Shown: positions 1-9,000 of the stretch, in pieces | How positions within the stretch are numbered: the stretch's first letter is position 1 | Layout of the letters: each line of letters begins with the position of its first letter | From: Candidatus Micrarchaeia archaeon | Lineage (GTDB): Archaea > Micrarchaeota > Micrarchaeia > Anstonellales > Anstonellaceae | Length of the DNA stretch: 64,000 nucleotides | Assembly (NCBI GenBank): GCA_041663445.1 | Contig: JBAYMR010000008.1 | Location: 662 to 64,661 of the forward strand | Reading direction: 5' to 3' | The notes under the pieces: generated by a model | The model's input: only the letters and a program-made list of their open reading frames with translations | Databases searched by the model: none | Told to the model about the DNA's origin: nothing | Program-made: the position numbers and the translations under genes

Positions 1-3000
1 ACGGCATCTATTCCGACGAGTTCAACACAACAGTGAAGAACTGCAACATAAGCAACTTCGCAACTGGCATATACTTCAACGGAGCGACGAACGGCATGAT
101 ACAGAACACGAACACAAGCACAACGAAAACCGCGAGTGGAACAGACGGATATGCGATATATCTTCTCCAATCAAACAACATCACGGCAATGGGCTCAATA
201 GCAAACGCATTAGACGGCATTGGAATTTACGTCTCATCGACAAACAACAGCATAATAAGCGGCATCACCGCCACAATTGCAGGAACAACGAGCGATTACA
301 GAAATCCAATCATCTTGTACTTGACACGCAACAACATAATAGCAAACAATACCTTAAGCAACACGGGAACAATGCATAGCATAGGAGTACTTTCAAGCTC
401 AAATAACACAGTCATAAACAACACCTTTTCAAGCAGAGGCTCGCAGGCATATATAGATTCAGGCGCCTCAGGCAACACCTTCTGCCTGAACAACTTCACC
501 AGCATCGGCAACCCGACAACATACGTCCAAGACCTTAACGGCTCCAACTACTACAACTGCACCTACGCAACCAAGAACCAGGGCAACATGTATGCGAACG
601 TGATGAACGGCAGCATCCAGGTGCTGGGCACGACAGTCTCATCATTCCCAAGCCTTTACATCGGCTCTGCGGGCGCGGGCTTCCCATACAACAATTCGTC
701 TTCCGGAGGCAAGTTCGTCTGCAGCTTCGCAGGATGCGCGGACTTCGCGCCCCTCACTCCAGTCTTCCTTCTGCTCAGCACCCCATCCTCATTGGCAGTT
801 TCATCAGTCACCGACCAGCCGCTAAACTCGCAGCTCGGTGAAATGAGCCTTTCATGGGGCGCGAACAGCAACCCCGCCGGCACTGTCTACGAAGTCAACG
901 AAACAATCTCCGGCCAGACCGTCTCTTCCAGCACAGCGCTCAACTTCACGCACACCGGATTGCTTGACAACACTCAATACTGCTACAAGGTGCGCGCAAC
1001 GCTTGGCGGGCAATATTCCAACTACACATCTGCAATATGCAACATCACGTTCGACAGGACCGCGCCTGCAACTCCCAACCTGCTTCCGGGCAAGCGCGGG
1101 CTAGTCGCCTACTACAAGCTCGACGACGGAAGCGGCACGAGCGCGGCAGACAGCGCGTACAACAACACGGGTGCAGTGTCCGGCGCCACCTGGACAAGCG
1201 GCAGGGTGAACGGCGGGCTTTCATTCAACGCAGTTGACAACTATGCGTATGCAACTGTGCCTGGCATACTGACCGACCCAACAATTTCCTATACTCTTGA
1301 AAGCTGGGTGTCCCCAAGGGTAAATACCAACTCCAGCGAGCACATGGTCGTTGGCAAGGTAGGCAGGCACGGCGGCATACTGTCTACTTCGAGCAGTGGC
1401 AGCACCATTCAGTTCAGATTCCAGTATGTGAACAATGCCAGCGGATGGTTCAGCATCATAAGCAGCGCAGTTCCGCTTGACAGCTGGCATCATGTCGTGG
1501 CAACATACAACGCTACAAACAAGGAAATGAAGCTCTATGTTGACAATGTGCTCGCAGGCAGCGCCAACTTCACCGGAACTCCAACTTCATACGGCTCAAC
1601 ATTGTACCTGGGCGGCTATAGCGGGGCCACCAGCAAATACGGCTTCAACGGCTCGATTGACGAAGTGAAAATCTACAACCGCGCGCTCACCGCAACCGAA
1701 GTAGAGGAAGACTACAACAACTCCGTGGCGTACGTCAGCTTCACGGAAGGCGACAACGGCCTGCAGCTTTACATGCCGTTTGAAGAGGGCGCGGGCGCAA
1801 CGACTGCGGACTGGTCGCCAAACGCGAATGACGGCACGATAACGGGCGCGACTTGGACAAGCGGCAAGTTTGGAAACGCAATGAGTTTTGATGGCAGTGA
1901 CTATATTACTGCACCAAACAGCAGCATCCCGGTTGGAAACGCAATCACAGCCAGTTTCTGGGCATACGGCGCGGATGCCCTGCCTGCCAACACTGCGGCA
2001 ATAACCAGTTCAAACGCAGGCGGATACGTCATAAATGTCCATCTTCCTTGGAGCAATGGATTCGTATATTGGGATTGCGGTAATAATGGGGCAGCCTATG
2101 ACAGAATCTACAAAGCGGCAAATGCTTCCGATTACAAGGGAAGATGGACCTACTGGACTTTCACAAAAGACGCATCCACGGGAGAAATGAAGATATACAT
2201 TGATGGCGTGCTCTGGCACAGTGAAACCGGCAAAACAATGCCAATTCCCGCGGCAACATACCTAAGGATAGGGCAAGCATACCAAGGCAAAATAGACGAA
2301 TTGCGCATCTACAACCGCTCGCTTTCCCAGCACGAAATCATAACCGACATGCAGTCCGGGCTGATAAGCAAGGGGCTTTACAGGAGCAACACGACTACTG
2401 GCATCTACACGCCGGTGAATGGAACTTTCGAAGACTTCTCCTCCGGCAGCGACAGCGCATGGGTCAAAAACGGCGGCACCTGGAATGTAAGCGGCGGAAG
2501 CTACATATCCCCCACTTCTGGCGAAGTGGTGAGCGTAACCGGCGACCCTGCATTGGCCGACTACGTGGTGGAATCCGACTTCGAGATAGTGAGCGGCAAC
2601 CATGCCAGCCTCATCTTCCGCTCCCCCAACATCAACCAGTTCTACCAATATGAAATATACGGCGGCACCAACTCCCTCAATGGCGGCAACATCAACCTCT
2701 ACAAGTATAACTCCGGCTACTCCAACCTTGCAGTTACCGACATTGCCGACCTGAGCTACAATACCTGGTACCATGCCAAGGCAATCGTGAGCGGCAATGT
2801 CATCAAGCTGTATCTCAACGACGTGCTCCTGATGACCTATGCCGACTCGTCCTCGCCCTATCTTGCCGGCAAGGCGGGCGTGGGCACGCACTCGGCTGCC
2901 AGTATCTTCGACAACTTCAAGGTCACCCCGTTCATCTCCTCGCCCAATTACACCGACAATGGCGCGCGCGACGTTTCCGTGCCAATGACGCCAGCGCAGC

Positions 3001-6000
3001 CCACGCTCGCAAGGACATCCACTTCCACGCTCAACCTCACCTGGCTGCCCGTGGACGACACAGGCAGCACCTACTATTACTATGCAAACGCAGTTGACAG
3101 CAATGGCAACGAGGAGGATCTGCTCTACGATGGCGGGTTTGAGAAGGTATCATTGCATGGCTACTGGCTGAATGCTTCCCTGATCCAAGATGGCGCTTCG
3201 TTTGATTCCAACACAACATATTCCGGGGCATACTCCCTCAAGCAAACCGCCACCAACGGCACAAGCTGCGGAAACTGGGCGGACTGCAACAGGTACTGGG
3301 GCTCCAACTTCGGCATCGGCACGGATGTTGCGCCGAACTCGCTCTACCAGCTCAGCTGCATGGCAAAGACGCAGCTTTCCACGGGATTCGCGACGCTCTA
3401 CCTTGAACAGAACGGCACGCGCCTCTACTACGACAACCTCAACGGGACGGCGGACTGGCGCCCCATCCGCGAGGTGTTCAGGACAGGCACTACTGGCACG
3501 GTGCGCCTGCTCGCATACACCATAGGCGGCACCGGCACGGTCAATTGGGACGGCTGCGAGCTCCACATGATAAAGAACCTCACGCTGCTCTCAGGCACGC
3601 GCGACTACTGGATAAACGGCACCAATGCGAACGTGTGGTATGCCGGCACGAGCGTGACAATCTCCAACCTTGCATCCCACACCTGGTACTGTTACGCCGT
3701 CGCCCCGCGCGACATTGCGGGCAACCTGGGCGGTTACTCAGTGCCAGTCTGCAACATGACCATGAACAACCCGCCCAACATGACATCGGTAACGCTGGTG
3801 CCCTCAATCGCATACACTTCCGACCAGCTCAACGCATCTGCAACTGCTACTGACACGAACAACGATACGCTCACCTACACCTATAACTGGTACCTCAACG
3901 GCGCGCCCTATGCCTCGCTGCTCATGCCGTTTGACAACAACGTCTCGGTCAACGACACTGGCGCAATCCAGGATTACTCCGGCAACGGCAACAATGGGAC
4001 GCTCGGCGCAGGGAACGCATCGAGGATGCCCACATGGACAACTGCCGGGAAGATTGGCGGCGCGTATGCATTTGACGGGGCATCGTCATACATTTCGGCG
4101 CCAATATCCTCAGTACCGCAGGTATTCACCATCACTGCATGGATTAAATTGAACCAGCTTGGAAGGGAGCAGCATTTCGCAGAATTCACAGGCACCCAAT
4201 TCTATGTAAGCTCGGGCAACAAACTGGGCACATCTGCATGGAGCAATGCCGTTGGAACAACTTCATTGACTACTGGCACATGGTACTTTGCAACCCTTGT
4301 AAGAAATACGACCAACGTGAGCCTCTACCTCAACGGTGTATATGAAGGCGCTGGCTCGCTCGGGGCAAATGCCACAAGCCCGTTCTCAATAGGCGACTAT
4401 TATGCCCACTCCGGCAACTACAAATTCACCGGCACCATTGACCAGGTCGCAATCTACCCGCGCGCACTTTCTGCGCAGGAAATCGCGGCGCAATACGCGC
4501 TCAACTACAATGTCATGATGCCTGACGAGCTTGAAGGCGGGCAGAGCTGGAAGGTGGAAGCCACGGCATCGGACGGCTTTGACAGCTCCGCGCCCATGAA
4601 CTCCTCTACCTCAACAGTGAAGGCCGGCTGCGGAGTGCTGAAGGTGGCAAACAGGGTGGTCACGCTCGTTGAGAACCTGTCCTCCTCTGGCACATGCTTC
4701 AACGTCACCGCGCAGAACGTGACGATAAATTGCAACGGCTACAGCATAACCGGCACGAACACAACCAACACATCTGGCATCTACAGCAACCAGTTCAATA
4801 CGACAATCAAGAACTGCAACATACGCAGCTTCGGAGCGGGCATCTACTTCAGCGGGGCGACGAACGGGACAATAATCAATGACACTGTGAGCGAAACCCT
4901 GGCATATTCCGCCCCAAACGGGATGGGAATATACCTTGATTCTGGTTCCAACTACAACACAATCACCAACACCGTGAGTTCGGCGATTCGCCCGCTATTC
5001 GTCCGGTTATCTCATCACAATGCGGTTACCAACGTAACAGCAACTTCTGTCACAGACCTTGGAATATACTTTGATAACTCCCAGTACAATACTGTCACCA
5101 ACTCCACAGCAATCACTGGCTCCGGTTACGGCATCCGCTTCTCCTTGAACGCTCATAACAACAATCTCGTTGGCACAACGGCATCATCAAACACATCAAG
5201 CGCCATCTACATAAACGGCGGCTCCAACATCACGATAGACTGCCAGGGCAAGTCAATCATCGGCACGAACGTTTCCAACACCTACGGCGTCTACTCTACA
5301 GAGTTCAACACAACCGTGAAGAACTGTAATATCAGCAACTTTGATGTCGGCATCTACTTCAATAGCGCGGACAATGGCACAATGGAGAACAACACCGTGA
5401 ATGTCGGGCGGAATAATTATGTGGTGCCCCTATATTCATCTGCAATCGCTGTTTACAATGCATCCAATTACAATATGCTGCGCAACAATACAGTGTATTC
5501 CGCTTATGGAGTAGGGATTATCATATCCACCTCAAGCACAGGCAACACAATCATCAATGCAAATGCAACTGCTGTGTCAAGAGGTGCCATATCATTTGAT
5601 AACGGTGTCACTTCAAACAGCATAATCAATTCCACCGGCACTTCAGTTTCCGGCGTTGGTCTTGGTTCCTGGTACAGCTCTAACAACAACGTATCTGGCA
5701 GCACGTTCAGTTCAGGTTCGAGCTACGGAATATATCTTCTTTACAATAGCAATGGCAACATTTTCACAAATAGCACTGCCAAATCCGATTCAAACAATTC
5801 CATCCGCGTTGAGACGACTTCCAACAACAACCAATTCATCGGAACGACAACTGTGACTGGCACAAACGCCGCCAGCACCGCTTACAATATCATCGGCGGC
5901 TCCAATGTTTCCATTGACTGCCAGAGCGACAACATTGACGACCCGAGCCTGAAGCTTTACATGCCGTTCGAGGAGGGGAGCGGAACCGTTGCGCGCGACT

Positions 6001-9000
6001 GGTCAACGTACGGGAACGATGGCGCGCTTACGAGCGGAACATGGGCAAGCGGCAAATATGGCGGCGCGCTTTCGTTCAACGGGAACAACACGGCGGTGAG
6101 CGTCGGGGCGCCAGCAAGCCTGGAAGCGACTGGCGGCGTTACCCTCTCTGCATGGATTTATCCGCTGCCCCGCAATTTCACCAATAAATACTTCGGGCTG
6201 ATGGCGCCCATAATATCAAAGGGCACATGGAGCACAGTCAACTATGAATTGCAGCTATCCGAAGCCAACCAGGTTTCATTCGTGCACAGGAACAACGGGA
6301 ACCTAATATATGAAAACTTCAACCTGCCGTCATCCATCCTGAACGGCTGGCACCATGTGGCTGCGAGCGTGTGCAACAGCGTCGCGTGCAACAACACGGT
6401 GTATTTCTACCTGGATGGCGCCCTGATTGGAGGTGCGAGCGTAGCCGAAGACGGCGGCGTCCTCCCGACTGCAGGCCAGACATTCCTGGTCGGAGGCCTG
6501 GGCGGCTATGGCTTCAACGGCACCATTGACGAGGTGCGCGTGTACGACCGCGCGCTCAGTGCGGACGAGATTGCCAACGTCATGGCCGGAAGCAGGATGC
6601 TCCTTGGCACCAACACGTCCGGCACGTACGGCGTCTACTCCAACCAGCTCAACACAACCGTGAGGAACTGCGCAATCAGGAACTTCGCGTCCGGCATCTA
6701 CCTCTCGGGTGCGGATTACGGCACTATAGAGAACGTGAGCGCGAAGACAACGCGCGCGGGCGGGTATGGCGTTTACCTCAATGGCGCGGACTATGCCTCC
6801 ATAAGGAACAGCAACCTCTCAAGCGCGAATGCATCCGCGCTTTACAGCTACCTCTCCAACTACGGCACGGTGTCCGGAGGCATCTATGGCGCGGCATCTG
6901 ACGGCGTGGGAATCTACAATGCGACGGGCAATTCGATTTCCAACCTCACCATCTCCGCAGGCGGCTATGGCATTTACCTCTCGCCCTCCAGCAACAGGAC
7001 GGCGGCAACAAGCAACATGATAAATTCAACCAGCCATGGCATATTCCTCGACCAGGGCGGCAACAACAACATCTCGTTCAACGCAATCACAAGGTCTGAT
7101 GCAAACAACGGCATCCACCTCTCCTCCAGCGTGAACAACACGATTTCGAGCAATGCCATCACCGTGGCAACCGGCAAGGCAATATACATATACTACCCCG
7201 ACTCCACGGCAGGCAGCAACAACGTCACCAGCAACATTGTGACCGCCACGGGCACAGGCACCGGCATAGCGCTCGTGAACGCAAACACAAACAGCTTCAG
7301 CAACAACTATGCATCCGGCGGCGGCTACGGGATTTCGCTTGGCGGCAGCACGAACAACTCTTTCATAGGGGACACCGGCGTGGCATCCTCAGGCTCAGCC
7401 GTCGGCTTCTTCATCACCAATTCCCCTGCCAACCGCTTTGCCAACATCACGGGCATCGCCTCTTCGGGCACTGCCATGCGCCTGCAGCAGGCGTCGGACA
7501 ACAACGTGATTGAGAACGTCACGACGACCTCGACAGGCTCGGGCACAGGCATTTACGTGGACGGCGTGTCAGGCACCAACATAACCGGCATGAACCTGTC
7601 TGCCCACGGCGGCGACGCGATTTACCTCTCCTCCCTCGCGGTCAACGCGCTTTTGCAGAACGGGTCGGTTTCATCGAATGACGGGAACGGCATGACTGTC
7701 TCGGACGGCGCAACAGGCACCATAATCGCCAATGTGTCCGCATATTCCGGGCAGAAATACGGCATTTTTGTGAAAGGCAGCCCGTCGCACACTTCAATCA
7801 TCGGCGCCAACGCATCAACCGCCAGCGGCGCGGGCATCTACCTTGAGGCCACGCGCGCCAACGTCTCTGGCTCGTCGGGCACGAGCACGGGCACGGGCTA
7901 TGGGCTCAGGGTGCACGGGGGCGAGATGCTGGACATTGCGGACTCCAATTTCACATCTGCGGGAACGAGCGGCACGGGCGCATCCGCCCTATTCGAGGCG
8001 GCTTCAATCAACAACGTTGTCCGTGGCAACACATTCTCTTCGTCATCTTCCGCAGGCGACCTGCTTGTCGTATCCGAGTCGTCGGGCAACACGTTCTACT
8101 GGAATACGTTCGGCGCCACCACCGGATACTATGCAAAGGACGACGACGGGCAGTCCAACCGCTACAACGCCTCGATAGGCGGCAAGGGGGAAGGCAACAG
8201 CTGGTACAACGTGATTGCCAAGGAAGTCTCCATCTGCGGCGCGCTGAGGTCCAACAAGTCCGACTGGGCTTCCTACTACGTCGGCGCAGACTCGGTGGCC
8301 GACCCCAAGCAATACCCGTACAACGAAGTGAACGCGCGCGGCAGGCTTTCAGGCACGATTGTGGATTATGCGCCCATGAGCACGGAGCGCTGCTGGCTCC
8401 CGCAGCCCATACCCCAGAACTACACCGCCCAGGGCTGCGCCCTCAAGTCCTGCAACATTGACGATGACTGCATGAGCGGGAACGCGCCCTATTGCGATGC
8501 CGGCTGCAACCAGCTCACCCATACCTGCTACCCGTGCGTCACCTGCGAAAACGCGTACTGCCTGCCGTCAGGGCAGCCTTGCGGCGCCACGAGGGTGCTT
8601 TCAGGCTGCGGCGTTGCCACATGCAACGCAGGCGTCTGCACGAGCAGCGGCGAAACATGCCCTGGCGCATCCGGGCTCGCATGCTGCCCGTCGTCCTATT
8701 GCTCGGACAGCGGCTCTGCCAGCGTGTGCATTTCCAAGAAACTGGCCGGGGCGCCATGCGCATCCGCCTCGGAATGCGCGCCGTCCGCGCCTTATTGCAC
8801 TGGAACTCCTGCGGTCTGCAGGGCGTGCCTGCCAACCGGGACATACGGCTGCACTTCCGGCTCAGAGTGCTGCGCCAGGGCGGATGGCGCAGCCGGGCTA
8901 TGCAATCTCGCGCAAGGCACGGCTGGCGCCAACACATGCGTTGCGCTGCTGCCTGTAGGCGGCAAGACCTGCTTATCGTCCGATGACTGCGTTTCGGGCT